Assembly (NCBI GenBank): GCA_964406075.1
Contig: CAYOQI010000002.1
Coordinates: 96,565-160,564 of the forward strand
Direction: 5' to 3'
From: an uncultured Pseudomonadales bacterium
Lineage (GTDB): Bacteria; Patescibacteriota; Microgenomatia; UBA1400; PJMF01
Length of the DNA: 64,000 nucleotides
Shown here: in pieces, positions 18,063 to 28,212 of the stretch
How the letters are laid out: every line of letters starts with the position of its first letter
How positions within the stretch are numbered: position 1 is the stretch's first letter
Position numbers and translations under genes: made by a program
The notes under the pieces: model-generated
The model's database searches: none
What the model was told of the DNA's origin: nothing
The model's input: the letters and a program-made list of their open reading frames with translations, nothing else

Positions 18063-18134
18063 TGCCCTCGGCGGGAATCGAACCCACATCTTAAATTTCG
18101 GAAACTCACATTCTATCCATTGAACTACGAGGGC
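18063..18134 (-). tRNA. tRNA-Arg (anticodon CCG)
   Basis: Manual fold, 72 nt: GCCCTCG/CGAGGGC acceptor, anticodon arm TGAGT-TTCCGAA-ATTTA, T-arm GTGGG-TTCGATT-CCCGC. No encoded CCA. Confidence 0.85.
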
Positions 18135-18212
18135 TATCTTCTCCTCATTTTAACAGACTTCTTTTCTTTGATTGTTTTTACCAAATAAAACCCGTATATT
18201 GTGTTTTACAGT

Positions 18213-19460
18213 ATGCTCCCTAAATCTATCCAACCTCTCTACTTTCACGTCGATATCAATTCGTACTTCGCAACCTTACTCCAACAAAAATATCCTGAGC
18301 TACGAGGCAAACCATTAGGTATTGTAAAAAACAAAGGACGAACCTGTCTAATCGCAACGAGCAAAGAAGCCAAAAAATATGGAATTAAAACTGGCTCGAT
18401 GCTTCGTGATGCAAAAAAACTCTACCCACAAATCATCATTCGTCCAGCTGAGTTTAATTACTATCTTGAAGCAACACGAAAATTAAAAGCTCTTTTTTTA
18501 GAACTTGTTCCAGATGTCTATATCTACTCACTAGATGAAGCTTTTTTAAATGTGGGTGAGTGCCTTCAATATGTCCATCCTGATCCTTATGCGTTTGCTC
18601 AAGAAATCCAACAGCAAATTTATAAAGTATTAGGGGAGTGGGTAACATGCAATATCGGCATCGCTCGGAATCGCTTCCTGGCAAAAATGGCTTCCGAAGT
18701 CGCACCTCCATCTGGCATCAATATCATCACTAAAGATAACCAAGATATCCTTTTAGCTACTACTCCGTTCAAAGATGTCTGCGGAGTTGGGTTTGCCTTG
18801 GAGCGAAAATTAACAAATCTCCACATTACCAACCTTTATCAGCTCCGACTTGTTCCATATGAAGAGCTACAAAAAACCTTTGGTGAAGTCTGGGCTACGG
18901 AACTGCATACGATGGCTTGGGGCGAAGAACCTGCTTTGTTAAAGTTATTAGATCGAGATCAACCACATATGAAAAGTGTCGGACGATCAATCACGGGCTA
19001 CAAACTCTGTGACAATGAAGATCACATCAAAGCCGTTTTATATAATTTAACTGCGGAAGTCACCAGTAAAGTTCGAAAAATGGATTTAGCCGGTCGAAAC
19101 ATTAGTATTTATTTGAGAGGGGATAATGATCAGCGATGGGGGAATCATGTGACGCTGAAATGGCCCATTCGCCATACCTCCGAAATGTTTCGAATTATTT
19201 ATTACGATATGTATAAAAAATGGCAGAGAAATTTTCGAGTTATTAAATTCGCCGTCACCCTCAGCCTTTTAACTCCATTACAACAATCCCCTTTACTTCC
19301 CGATTGGCAACGTCAGGATCGATTATGGTCCACCATTGATAAAGTAAATAAAAAATACGGTGATTACACGCTTCGGTCGGGATTGATGAAAAAAGAAGAA
19401 ATTATTTATCCTGAAGTGACTGGCTTCCTCGGTGATGCGAAGTATCTCGGCCTACGATAA
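18213..19460 (+). CDS. dinB: DNA polymerase IV (Y-family translesion polymerase)
   Basis: YFHVDINSYFATLLQ, SLDEAFLNV, and little-finger region. ATG 18213 is preferred over GTG 18201. Confidence 0.9.
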   Translation: MLPKSIQPLYFHVDINSYFATLLQQKYPELRGKPLGIVKNKGRTCLIATSKEAKKYGIKTGSMLRDAKKLYPQIIIRPAEFNYYLEATRKLKALFLELVPDVYIYSLDEAFLNVGECLQYVHPDPYAFAQEIQQQIYKVLGEWVTCNIGIARNRFLAKMASEVAPPSGINIITKDNQDILLATTPFKDVCGVGFALERKLTNLHITNLYQLRLVPYEELQKTFGEVWATELHTMAWGEEPALLKLLDRDQPHMKSVGRSITGYKLCDNEDHIKAVLYNLTAEVTSKVRKMDLAGRNISIYLRGDNDQRWGNHVTLKWPIRHTSEMFRIIYYDMYKKWQRNFRVIKFAVTLSLLTPLQQSPLLPDWQRQDRLWSTIDKVNKKYGDYTLRSGLMKKEEIIYPEVTGFLGDAKYLGLR

Positions 19461-19498
19461 ACACTTGACTAAAAAAGTGTTGTGCGGGACAATCCCGC
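19461..19498 (+). terminator. Two tandem hairpins after dinB (no U-tract)
   Basis: ACACTT-gactaaaa-AAGTGT, then GC-rich GCGGGA-CAA-TCCCGC. Confidence 0.4.
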
Positions 19499-19536
19499 CT
19501 TCACAATTCATCATCAACAATTCATAATGAAAAAGT

Positions 19537-21522
19537 ATGCACGCCGAAGAATTAATTTCTATCCTACTATTTATCAGTGCTTTTTTGGTTATTACGGCCA
19601 TCATTTCCGCAATCTCTAAGTTTATACGTTTTCCCTATACTGTTTTGCTTTTAATTATGGGTTTCTGGGTACAAGCATTTAGTCATTTATTTGGATACTC
19701 CACACATTTGACAATTTCAACTGATCTCATTTATTTTTTCCTTCTTCCTTTACTTTTATTTGAATCCTCATTTCATATCAATCTCCATCAGTTTCGTTTG
19801 CAGTTCAAAACGATTACTTTTTTATCAACATTTGGATTACTCATCTCAATCTTCGCTGTGGGAGCACTGCTAGCAGTTTTAATTGGTTTACCCTTCCCTA
19901 TAGCCTTACTTTTTGGCGCCATAATTTCCGCAACTGATCCGATTGCAGTATTGGCTATTTTCAAAGAATTAGGCGCACCAAAACGATTAGGTTTACTCGC
20001 CGATGGCGAAAGTATGTTCAATGATGCGACCGCTGTCATCATGTTCCGAATTGTCTCCGCAATCGTGATTGCTGAAGGAACATTTGGTATTACTAGTATT
20101 ACAGATGGAGTCATTACTTTTACCAGGATTTTTGTCGGGAGCATTGCCGTTGGGGCAATCTTAGGATATGCCATTTCACATTTCATCGCTCAAGTAAAAA
20201 ATGATCGTGCTGTTGAAACAACTCTCACAGTAGCATTAGCCCTTGGTTCATTTGTGATTGCGGAGCATTTTTTCCATGTCTCAGGAGTTATTAGTACTGT
20301 TATGGCCGGAATTGTGTTGGGAAATTACGGACGCACACGTATCTCAGCCGGAGTGATTGAATTCATGGAAGAACTGTGGGAGTACATTGGTTTTATTGCG
20401 TTGTCAGTTATTTTCTTCTTTGCGACCTATACATTAGACATCGGTCAATTACTCGGTAATCCAGTTGAAATTGGATTAGTCATTCTCAGTGTCCTGATCG
20501 CTCGAGCACTTTCTGTCTACATCAGTTGTTTTATTTCAAATAGATCACGTTTGTTTAAAGAAGAACCGAATGTGCCGTTCAATTGGCAACACGTGCTCGT
20601 TTGGGGTGGACTACGAGGGGTCATCCCTCTTGTTTTGGTCTACTCCCTTCCGGATGAGTTTATATATAAAGAACTAATGCTTCAATATACGTTGTCAGCA
20701 TTTTTGTTTAGTTTGTTTGTCAATGGAACAACAATTAAAAAATTATTATTTATGCTGAACTTACACTTACCTCGTAAAGAAGAACAAATCGCGGGGATAG
20801 AAGAAGAAATTTTTGCATTAGAAAAAGTAAAAGATAAACTGCACAACTTACCTCAAAATGAATTTGACACGCACGCCGTAAAAAACATGGATCAAAAAAT
20901 CATTGAGAGAGAAACACAATTACACACAGAACTAGATACACTAGCAACACCGACTCAGTTTGAACAAAGTGTGAAGCTACAAATTATTGAGATTGAACGT
21001 CAAATTGTAAATCGGTTATTTCATCAAAATCATATAAAAGAAAGTGTCGTGTATGAGTTTGAATCTGAGTTAGATCTTCAACAAGATATGCTTGAACATC
21101 CAGATATTTCCAAAGGAATTCGGGCAGTTAGAAGTGATGGAAAAATTGACAGTAGTCACAGATTCTATGCACAACTTCAAACAGTTCGAGAACAAATCAA
21201 AGATTTCCCAATTCTTGCTCGTTTCATTCGTAAAACCAAAGAAGATTTAATTAAAGACCGTTTATCAATACTTCAAGCACGGATTACCGCCAGTACAGAA
21301 GTCATTTCATATTTAGGAAAGATCCAGTCACTGTTAGAAAAAAATATTGTTTCAGTAAAAATCATTGATACAATTCGATCAGAGCACGAACACATGAGAC
21401 TTCGAAATAACTATCACATGCAAGAAATTGCACGAGAATATCCTCGGACTTTTGCTAAATTTGAAGAAGAACTTATTCATTCATACGTCTGGAATGATGG
21501 TGAAGCTATCACTACTCATTAG
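19537..21522 (+). CDS. CPA1-family Na+/H+ antiporter (NhaP type) with long coiled-coil cytoplasmic tail
   Basis: 661 aa with about 12 TM, motif SATDPIAVLAIFKELG, and a C-terminal hydrophilic region of about 250 aa. CATAAT lies 8 nt upstream of the ATG. Confidence 0.85.
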   Translation: MHAEELISILLFISAFLVITAIISAISKFIRFPYTVLLLIMGFWVQAFSHLFGYSTHLTISTDLIYFFLLPLLLFESSFHINLHQFRLQFKTITFLSTFGLLISIFAVGALLAVLIGLPFPIALLFGAIISATDPIAVLAIFKELGAPKRLGLLADGESMFNDATAVIMFRIVSAIVIAEGTFGITSITDGVITFTRIFVGSIAVGAILGYAISHFIAQVKNDRAVETTLTVALALGSFVIAEHFFHVSGVISTVMAGIVLGNYGRTRISAGVIEFMEELWEYIGFIALSVIFFFATYTLDIGQLLGNPVEIGLVILSVLIARALSVYISCFISNRSRLFKEEPNVPFNWQHVLVWGGLRGVIPLVLVYSLPDEFIYKELMLQYTLSAFLFSLFVNGTTIKKLLFMLNLHLPRKEEQIAGIEEEIFALEKVKDKLHNLPQNEFDTHAVKNMDQKIIERETQLHTELDTLATPTQFEQSVKLQIIEIERQIVNRLFHQNHIKESVVYEFESELDLQQDMLEHPDISKGIRAVRSDGKIDSSHRFYAQLQTVREQIKDFPILARFIRKTKEDLIKDRLSILQARITASTEVISYLGKIQSLLEKNIVSVKIIDTIRSEHEHMRLRNNYHMQEIAREYPRTFAKFEEELIHSYVWNDGEAITTH

Positions 21523-21540
21523 TTTGTGACATGAATAGTA

Positions 21541-22494
21541 TTACGCTTGCCCAATCAAACTGATTTCAATCCACACAAAAAAGATATAAATAGAAAGTAA
21601 TGCTAGAGCTTCAACTTTAGAGAGGGTCTTTTTGGATCGCGCGAAAAAGTAAAAAAGAATCAATCCCAAGCCGAGAATTAAAAATCGTTGCAAAAAATGA
21701 TTGGGTAAAATAACAGTCTTCCCATAAATTAAAGTAAACACTCCAAATAGCAAAGTGTTTGCACTAGCTGATCCTAGATAATCCGCAAATGCTACATCTT
21801 CTTTCTTTTGTAATACTGATCGAATAACCAAACTTATTTCCGGAATGTTCGTCCCGATTGAAATGACAACTAAACTCAAAATAAAAGAAGGGATCGATAA
21901 TACTTCAGCAAAGTAAAGTGTTGAGTTTACAATCTGACGACTTGCTACAAAAAGTAAAATTACTCCTACAACAATACGAACTAAATCTGACATGCCATGT
22001 TTATGTTTTCGATGGAAAGAAGATGTCATCTTTTCGAACAAAGAAGCTTTCTCAGAAAAAAGAAGGAATAATAGACAATAGAGAAGGATGAGTAAAATTC
22101 CATCGGAAGGCGAAAGATGCTGATCAGCGATTAATAACGCTGGAGCAAAACAGACTACCAAGGTAAATAAAGTCTGTTTTTTATCAAATGTATTGGGAAT
22201 TTTTATTCCTTTACCGGCTAATGCTAATAAAGGAATGATTAAGAAAAAGATAACAATAGTACCACCCAATAAATTCCCCGCATAAATAATAGGATCATCG
22301 GTCGAAATCGAAGTTAAGCCAATTGCAATTTCTGGAAGTGACGTTAAATTTCCAAGTAAGAAAAATGAAATGAGAAAAGCAGGTAAATGAAGTCTATGTG
22401 CAAATTTCACAACCGAATTCACTACTAATCCCGCACCAAACCACACTGCAACAAACGAAACGACATAGATAATAAAATGAATAGGCAGAGACAT
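21541..22494 (-). CDS. Ca2+/cation antiporter (CaCA, YrbG-like) family protein
   Basis: 317 aa with 10 TM and the two alpha-repeat signatures GNLTSLPE and GTNIPE. Confidence 0.8.
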   Translation of the reverse strand: MSLPIHFIIYVVSFVAVWFGAGLVVNSVVKFAHRLHLPAFLISFFLLGNLTSLPEIAIGLTSISTDDPIIYAGNLLGGTIVIFFLIIPLLALAGKGIKIPNTFDKKQTLFTLVVCFAPALLIADQHLSPSDGILLILLYCLLFLLFSEKASLFEKMTSSFHRKHKHGMSDLVRIVVGVILLFVASRQIVNSTLYFAEVLSIPSFILSLVVISIGTNIPEISLVIRSVLQKKEDVAFADYLGSASANTLLFGVFTLIYGKTVILPNHFLQRFLILGLGLILFYFFARSKKTLSKVEALALLSIYIFFVWIEISLIGQA

Positions 22495-22731
22495 GAATAA
22501 GGTGAATTTTTAAGTAACTTCCAGTATACCGTATTCAAAAAAAACATACCGAGCTTTCATGTTTACTCTAACACTATTCAAACTCTCTCGTCTTAAACTG
22601 TAAACTATTTTTCTTACATATAATTCTCACATTTCTCACGATTATTTAGACTGATAGATCAACTACTTCTACCACTTGTGGTGTGGTTGCCAAGTGCTTA
22701 AATAACGCCTGATAACATTCATCAGCTGCCC

Positions 22732-23823
22732 ATGCAACTTTCAAATAACGTATTAAAGATCCAACGCTTACCCAAACATCAAAGTCAACATTATGAGATC
22801 AAAGATCCCAGTATCCTGCAACGAAAAGATGGCTCTTACCTTATGTATGCTTCTGTTGGAAATTCTAACAATCAATCTTGGTTAGTTGGACGTTTTTCCG
22901 CGCAAAAGATAGATGGCATGTGGGAAGAACTTGAACCGGTAGAATTTTCTGAAATTTCCGGACCACAACTCTGTGCACCAGCCGTCTCCTATGAGGTCCA
23001 AGCTGATGAGAGTGAGCTTTGGACTATGTATATTCAAACTGCCTGTTTTGAAGAAAATGGAGTAATTGCTATTGCCACCTCAACAGATGGTCACCATTTC
23101 GTCGGTCAACCGCATCCCGTCATTACGAGAGAAAGTATTGGCGACGGCCCGGCTCCAGTGATCGGTGTATATGATGTCGGTATTTCTGAAGTTCATGCTT
23201 CAGATCAGGATTTAATGTGTATGGTCTATTCTGGTTATCGCCGAATTGGCTGTGGCGACATCTATGTTTCGTACAAAAACAAACATGACAAAAATGCAGA
23301 GTGGACAAAAGGTGAATGTTTATTAGCTCAAGAAAATTTGCCATTTCATAACCGACCTGATTTTGATCATTTCGAATGGGGATTAGAAGGTGCCAAAATT
23401 ATTCAACTTGCCGATGACTGTTTTGTGATGATTGGTGTTTGTTTCTTACCCAAACCGAATGAATTTTTAGGCTCGCGACAACGTGTCTTTTTAGCGGCTG
23501 CTCGTTCGATGAAAGGGCCGTACACACCACTTGGATTGCCCTTCTTACCTCAGACATCTACAACAACGACTGAAGTAAAAATTATTGTCGGTGAAAATGG
23601 TCATCCTGACACTTTGATTCATGAAGAGACACTGTGGGTCATGTACCAAGAACGAGCCGGTAACGGTCAGCCTTGGCATTTACGTATTGCGAGTTTTGAT
23701 TTACCTAAAATGGAAAAATTTGTTCGCAATAAATTAGGTGAACAAGAAATGGTAACGAATCAACAAATTGCGGAACAGCTTGATGTCGATCAGTATCACT
23801 TTCAGTATGCTTCATTAGCATAA
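22732..23823 (+). CDS. Beta-propeller glycoside-hydrolase-like protein (GH43/32/68 clan-like)
   Basis: 363 aa. N-terminus YEIKDPSILQRKDGSYLMYASVG is typical of 5-bladed propeller GH. Family assignment is uncertain. Confidence 0.4.
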   Translation: MQLSNNVLKIQRLPKHQSQHYEIKDPSILQRKDGSYLMYASVGNSNNQSWLVGRFSAQKIDGMWEELEPVEFSEISGPQLCAPAVSYEVQADESELWTMYIQTACFEENGVIAIATSTDGHHFVGQPHPVITRESIGDGPAPVIGVYDVGISEVHASDQDLMCMVYSGYRRIGCGDIYVSYKNKHDKNAEWTKGECLLAQENLPFHNRPDFDHFEWGLEGAKIIQLADDCFVMIGVCFLPKPNEFLGSRQRVFLAAARSMKGPYTPLGLPFLPQTSTTTTEVKIIVGENGHPDTLIHEETLWVMYQERAGNGQPWHLRIASFDLPKMEKFVRNKLGEQEMVTNQQIAEQLDVDQYHFQYASLA

Positions 23824-23833
23824 AGTATGTGAT

Positions 23834-24049
23834 TTAAACTTTCTTAAATCTCGGAACTTTTTCTCCGTTGATTATTACATTTTCTAGGAACATCTTTAAA
23901 GGCCGTACCCACATACTCGCCATCTCATTTTCGTACAGTGAAATATACACAACTAAGTCTTCCAATGTTTCTGAATGCTTTGCTACACCCAAAACTGTGT
24001 ATTTTTTTCCTTTATAATGTTGATAAGTGCCCAATTCAACTTTTTTCAT
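23834..24049 (-). CDS. DUF1653-domain protein
   Basis: YQHYKGKKYTVLGVAKHSETLEDLVVYISLYE..MWVRPLKMF. Start set at the internal ATG (MKKVELGTY). Confidence 0.7.
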   Translation of the reverse strand: MKKVELGTYQHYKGKKYTVLGVAKHSETLEDLVVYISLYENEMASMWVRPLKMFLENVIINGEKVPRFKKV

Positions 24050-25214
24050 AATTTGTCCTTTCCATCTTTCCATTAAACATTTTAATGATTTCTAATACTT
24101 TTTGGTGTGGAATTCTTTTACACGCTTCATCATCACACTCAAAATCCCACAAACCAGAATTTGGTAATAAGAATCCAGCCGATTCAGGTCGATCCAAAAT
24201 TGGATAAGCGCACACGCCACATACAGGCAAATCCATTGCCAACGCTTCTTCAATTTCGGGAAATAATCGACTCCACCATCGTTCACGATGCTCACCAAAA
24301 CTCCCACTTTCACTGATCAAAATTGGTCGTCCATATCTCAGATACACTTTTTTAATCATCTCAGCAAACGACACACGATCGTCACTTTCCCAATCCATCA
24401 GTTGATGATGAATCTTCCCTTCTTCCTGATCCGAAATAACCCATTCTTGATTATGAATATAATAATTCATCCCGATAATATCCAAGTACTTTGGGTCACC
24501 ACCGAGTTCAGGGCAAGTTTTTCCGGCAATCATATCCCAGGCTTGATATCGAATTATGCGGTTAAATTCACGCACCTGTTTTTTAGCCGTCTCACTTGCA
24601 GGATCTTTTGCTTTACGGCGCATGTATGGATCGACGTGAATAAAACGAACGGTTGGATCTACTTCCCATATTTCATCCATCGCTTTGAGTGACGCTTTCA
24701 CTAATTGTTTTTTAAATTTGAATCCATTCGCTCGTCCAGTTTTGTATGGAGCCCACCAACCCATATCCGCTCCAATCCACGCAAAAAAAGAAATTTCGTT
24801 CAACGGAGTAATGTAAATTGGAGCAGTCTGAAATTTTTTTATTTGTTTTAAGCACTCAACAGCATACCGACCAAAAGCAAAAACAAATTCTTCACTAAAC
24901 GGATCAACATATTCAGGATAGTCAAAATGATTGAGATCCCAAATTTGTTGGATACCTTGTTTTTTACCTTCTTCTAAAATGGGGAGATAACGACTGAAAT
25001 CATATTGGCCTGTTCCTGTATCAATCGCGTTCCACGAAAAACCTTCCCGGACTGTTTCGATACCAATTTCTTTTAACAGCGTGTAGTCAGTTGAAACTAA
25101 TACATCATGTTTTGTTGCACCGAGTAAATCCAAGCGTTTTTTATTTTCAGCTAACGCTGATGTGCACTCGAAACCTGCTTGAACAAAAGACTGAAATTGA
25201 GGAAAGTTTTTCAT
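24036..25214 (-). CDS. TIM-barrel glycoside-hydrolase-like protein (GH1/GH5-like)
   Basis: 392 aa. N-terminus GFECTS...DYTLLKEIGIETVREGFSWNAID is typical of (beta/alpha)8 glycosidases. Precise family not determined. Confidence 0.45.
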   Translation of the reverse strand: MKNFPQFQSFVQAGFECTSALAENKKRLDLLGATKHDVLVSTDYTLLKEIGIETVREGFSWNAIDTGTGQYDFSRYLPILEEGKKQGIQQIWDLNHFDYPEYVDPFSEEFVFAFGRYAVECLKQIKKFQTAPIYITPLNEISFFAWIGADMGWWAPYKTGRANGFKFKKQLVKASLKAMDEIWEVDPTVRFIHVDPYMRRKAKDPASETAKKQVREFNRIIRYQAWDMIAGKTCPELGGDPKYLDIIGMNYYIHNQEWVISDQEEGKIHHQLMDWESDDRVSFAEMIKKVYLRYGRPILISESGSFGEHRERWWSRLFPEIEEALAMDLPVCGVCAYPILDRPESAGFLLPNSGLWDFECDDEACKRIPHQKVLEIIKMFNGKMERTNYEKS

Positions 25215-25251
25215 TTTGTCTCTGTCATTCTTCCCTATCTACGGGTGTTGT

Positions 25252-25279
25252 GTCATCCCGACCGAAGCGGAGGGATCCC
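25252..25279. other. Isolated GC-rich hairpin in AT-rich intergenic spacer
   Basis: GTCATCCCGACCGAAGCGGAGGGATCCC. On the minus strand this is GGGATCCCTCCGC-TTCG-GTCGGGATGAC, with arms ATCCC/GGGAT and CCG/CGG. No U-tract. Confidence 0.5.
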
Positions 25280-25377
25280 TGTCTCTGGGAAAAATTTAAA
25301 AGATTTTTTTTTAATGTTAAAAGGTGATCCTAGATTCTGGAGATGTGTACTATTTTCTAATTCCTAACTTTTAAATC

Positions 25378-26493
25378 CTATCTTTGAACCTCTAACTCTT
25401 GAAACAGATCCAGAGCATTTTTAAATGCTTGATCCATATTGAAGTATTTGTAATTTGCCAATCGCCCAACAAAATAAATATTTTTCAATTTATCTGCTTC
25501 TTCTTTATACATATCATAAATAGCTTGATTTCGTGGATTTGGAACTGGGTAGTACGGCTCACCATCATCCACGGTATATTCTTTGACAATGGTCGTTTTC
25601 GGATTTTTTTGACCCGTGATATGTTTGTACTCCACAATCCGAGTATACGGAACTTCTGGTCCGGGATAATTCACCACAGAATTTTGTTGATAAAATTCTT
25701 TATCGTGTGTTTCATGAACAAAATTGATGGAACGATACTCTAAGTGTTCTTTCAAAGAATGTTTAAAATCAAAAAACTGATCAATCGGTCCAGTATAAAA
25801 AAGTTTCTCAAAATTTTTCAACTCATCTCGTACATCGAAATAATCAGTATTGAGTCGAACTTCAATATTCGGGTGATCAAAAATTTTCTCGAACATCTGT
25901 GTATATCCACCTTTGGGAAGTGCCTGATATTTGTCTGAAAAATAGCGGTCATCGAAGTTGTCACGCACAGGAATTCTTTGTAGCACTGAAGCGTCTAATT
26001 CTTCTGGAAATTTATCCCATTGTTTTTTGGTGTAATGTTTAAACATTTTTTCATATAATACTTCACCAACCAAAGCCATGGCTGCTTCTTTTCCATTCTT
26101 TGGATTATCATTTTTGACTTGAACTGATTCTAACCATGCCTTCATTTCTTTTTCATTTTTTATATTCAATCCAAACAACATATTCACTGTAGTAATGTTG
26201 ACAGGAATCGGAACCAACTTCCCATCCACCTGCGAAATGACTTTGTGTTCGTATGGATACCATTCTGAAAATTGCTGAACGTATTTCCACACATCTTCAT
26301 AATTCGTATGAAAAAGATGGGCTCCGTATTTTGAAACTAAAATGCCATCGTCATTCGTGTAATCGAAACAATTTCCAGCTACATGATTTCGTTTTTCAAT
26401 CACCAAAATCTCTTTTCCAATCGAGGCATATCGTTCAGCTAAAACAGCACCCGATATCCCCGCTCCAATAATGATGATTTGATGTGTATCCAT
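25378..26493 (-). CDS. glf: UDP-galactopyranose mutase
   Basis: 371 aa with FAD-binding N-terminus IIIIGAGISGAVLAERYA..VIEKRNHVAGNCFD and full-length Glf-like colinearity (YGAHLFHT, YTKKQW, GRLANYKYFNMDQA). Confidence 0.95.
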   Translation of the reverse strand: MDTHQIIIIGAGISGAVLAERYASIGKEILVIEKRNHVAGNCFDYTNDDGILVSKYGAHLFHTNYEDVWKYVQQFSEWYPYEHKVISQVDGKLVPIPVNITTVNMLFGLNIKNEKEMKAWLESVQVKNDNPKNGKEAAMALVGEVLYEKMFKHYTKKQWDKFPEELDASVLQRIPVRDNFDDRYFSDKYQALPKGGYTQMFEKIFDHPNIEVRLNTDYFDVRDELKNFEKLFYTGPIDQFFDFKHSLKEHLEYRSINFVHETHDKEFYQQNSVVNYPGPEVPYTRIVEYKHITGQKNPKTTIVKEYTVDDGEPYYPVPNPRNQAIYDMYKEEADKLKNIYFVGRLANYKYFNMDQAFKNALDLFQELEVQR

Positions 26494-26572
26494 ATTTTTT
26501 GATTGAACTCAAATCTCTACCTAAGTTGAAACTGATGATCAATCACATTCATACTATATAGTAATAAAAAAA

Positions 26573-27835
26573 TTATGAAGAGTAAGCGACATTGTATGCC
26601 AAATTACTTTCAAAACTTGTTGAAGAAGGTACAGTATCTAAAACTGAACTCTTTTCTTGTGATTGTAAAATGAGTTGTTTCATACTTGCGACAGTTTTTG
26701 ACCACGAAGTACGTTGAAGCACCGCTTTCTGTAACTCAACCCGTGCCAGCTTCTCCACATCACTTTCCTGAATTCCTGCAATTATCGCCTGACTAAATTC
26801 TTCTGCCGAATATGCAACAGACACCTCATCTTGATAATCTCTGACAACATCATAAATAGGAGTCGAGACAATAGGTTTTAAGGCAGCCATGAATTCAAGC
26901 GTTTTTGTGGGACTAATAAATTTTGTTGATTCATTTAATGCAAAGGGCATCATCGCAACGGTAAAATGTTGTAAATATTCTGGTAGTTCATCATATGATT
27001 TCGAACCCAGATAAAAAATATTTTTACGGACCGGTAAGTCTTTAGGATTAATTTTTACCACTGGCCCAATCATTACAAAAGAGACAGCCGGTGATTGTTT
27101 CGCAACTTCATCTAATAACTGCAAATCAATACGTTCATCAATGACTCCATAAAATCCCGCAATGGGTTTAGGAATTTCTACAAGATCTTTTGGGTAATAA
27201 AAAGTGTCTCCATCAATCGCTTTTTCAAAATGTTGACGATCCACTGAACTCGGAAAACAGTGAATAAAATCATGTCGATCTTTTTTTGCGTCATACAAAG
27301 ATTTTCCACCGGTAAAGACGACATCCGCGCGTGACATTAATAATGATTCCTGTTTCAACAATTCTGGAGAAGCACCTTTAAATGCTGACAGTTCATCCAT
27401 GCAATCAAATACAATAGATGAATGTTCAATACGGTCAATCATGTTGACAAAAGCGGGAGAATAAAACCATAGTAACGGCTTCTGAATATGTTCTTGATCC
27501 ATATAGCAATACACGATATCTTCTAATGTCTCCCAATCCGCATAATTCATACGAGGTTGGACAACCGTGACGTTTTCAGAAACTGAAATGGTATGTGAAG
27601 TACCGTAGCTATCATCTTCAAAACCAATTGGTTCTTCAATAAAAAGAACTTTGGCATCTTTTGCCATTCGACTCAAAATGTGTTGCGGACGTTGTTTCAC
27701 AAACTCCCAGCGAAGGTGAGAAAATACAACAATGTCAGGGAAAGTACTTATTCTTCTCACAAGTGACTGTATTTTTTTGAGTTGAAGAGCTTGTCGAAAT
27801 GTATCTTCTAAATACGGACTGAATGTTGCTGACAT
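26573..27835 (-). CDS. Glycosyltransferase (GT4/TuaH-like)
   Basis: 420 aa. N-terminal motif VVFSHLRWEFVKQRPQHILSRMA is typical of TuaH-like GT-B enzymes. SD GAGG lies upstream. Confidence 0.6.
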   Translation of the reverse strand: MSATFSPYLEDTFRQALQLKKIQSLVRRISTFPDIVVFSHLRWEFVKQRPQHILSRMAKDAKVLFIEEPIGFEDDSYGTSHTISVSENVTVVQPRMNYADWETLEDIVYCYMDQEHIQKPLLWFYSPAFVNMIDRIEHSSIVFDCMDELSAFKGASPELLKQESLLMSRADVVFTGGKSLYDAKKDRHDFIHCFPSSVDRQHFEKAIDGDTFYYPKDLVEIPKPIAGFYGVIDERIDLQLLDEVAKQSPAVSFVMIGPVVKINPKDLPVRKNIFYLGSKSYDELPEYLQHFTVAMMPFALNESTKFISPTKTLEFMAALKPIVSTPIYDVVRDYQDEVSVAYSAEEFSQAIIAGIQESDVEKLARVELQKAVLQRTSWSKTVASMKQLILQSQEKSSVLDTVPSSTSFESNLAYNVAYSS

Positions 27836-27883
27836 AATATACCTCAGGTGATATGTAATTTATAAAATCTTCCACCTACTCGT

Positions 27884-28057
27884 TTAATGAACCATATTTA
27901 GTGGAAAAACATTTTTCAAACTCATGACGGTGTAAACCGCATATTTCTGTTGAGTATTTTCTTGTGACTCATTTTTTCTGAGAAAAGAGAATTTGGGTTG
28001 AACGAATAATTTTGATTTAGATTGTTCAGGAATCCTGTGTTGTTTTGCAGTTTTCAT
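27884..28057 (-). CDS. Candidate 57-aa basic small protein (not in ORF track)
   Basis: ATG is preceded by AAGGAATAA (SD-like). Translation: MKTAKQHRIPEQSKSKLFVQPKFSFLRKNESQENTQQKYAVYTVMSLKNVFPLNMVH. Same strand as the GT gene and 48 nt upstream of it. Confidence 0.3.
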   Translation of the reverse strand: MKTAKQHRIPEQSKSKLFVQPKFSFLRKNESQENTQQKYAVYTVMSLKNVFPLNMVH

Positions 28058-28212
28058 TTATTCCTTAAATAATGACAAGTATTTGAATATAGATAGTATC
28101 TGCTAGATCAGTGAAGACCGAATATGGTTATAGTAAGAATGAAATAAGAACAAGTAACTGGTATATAAATAAATTACAGCAACAAACGATCAATTCCTGT
28201 ATACTTCCCTTC

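Noticed and set aside
25091-25367. Two overlapping small plus-strand ORFs (78 and 62 aa) in the glf/GH spacer
   Set aside because: They start inside the antisense of the GH-like gene and are kept open only by the GC-rich hairpin. The peptide ...CHPDRSGGIP... is typical of spurious translation of such hairpins.
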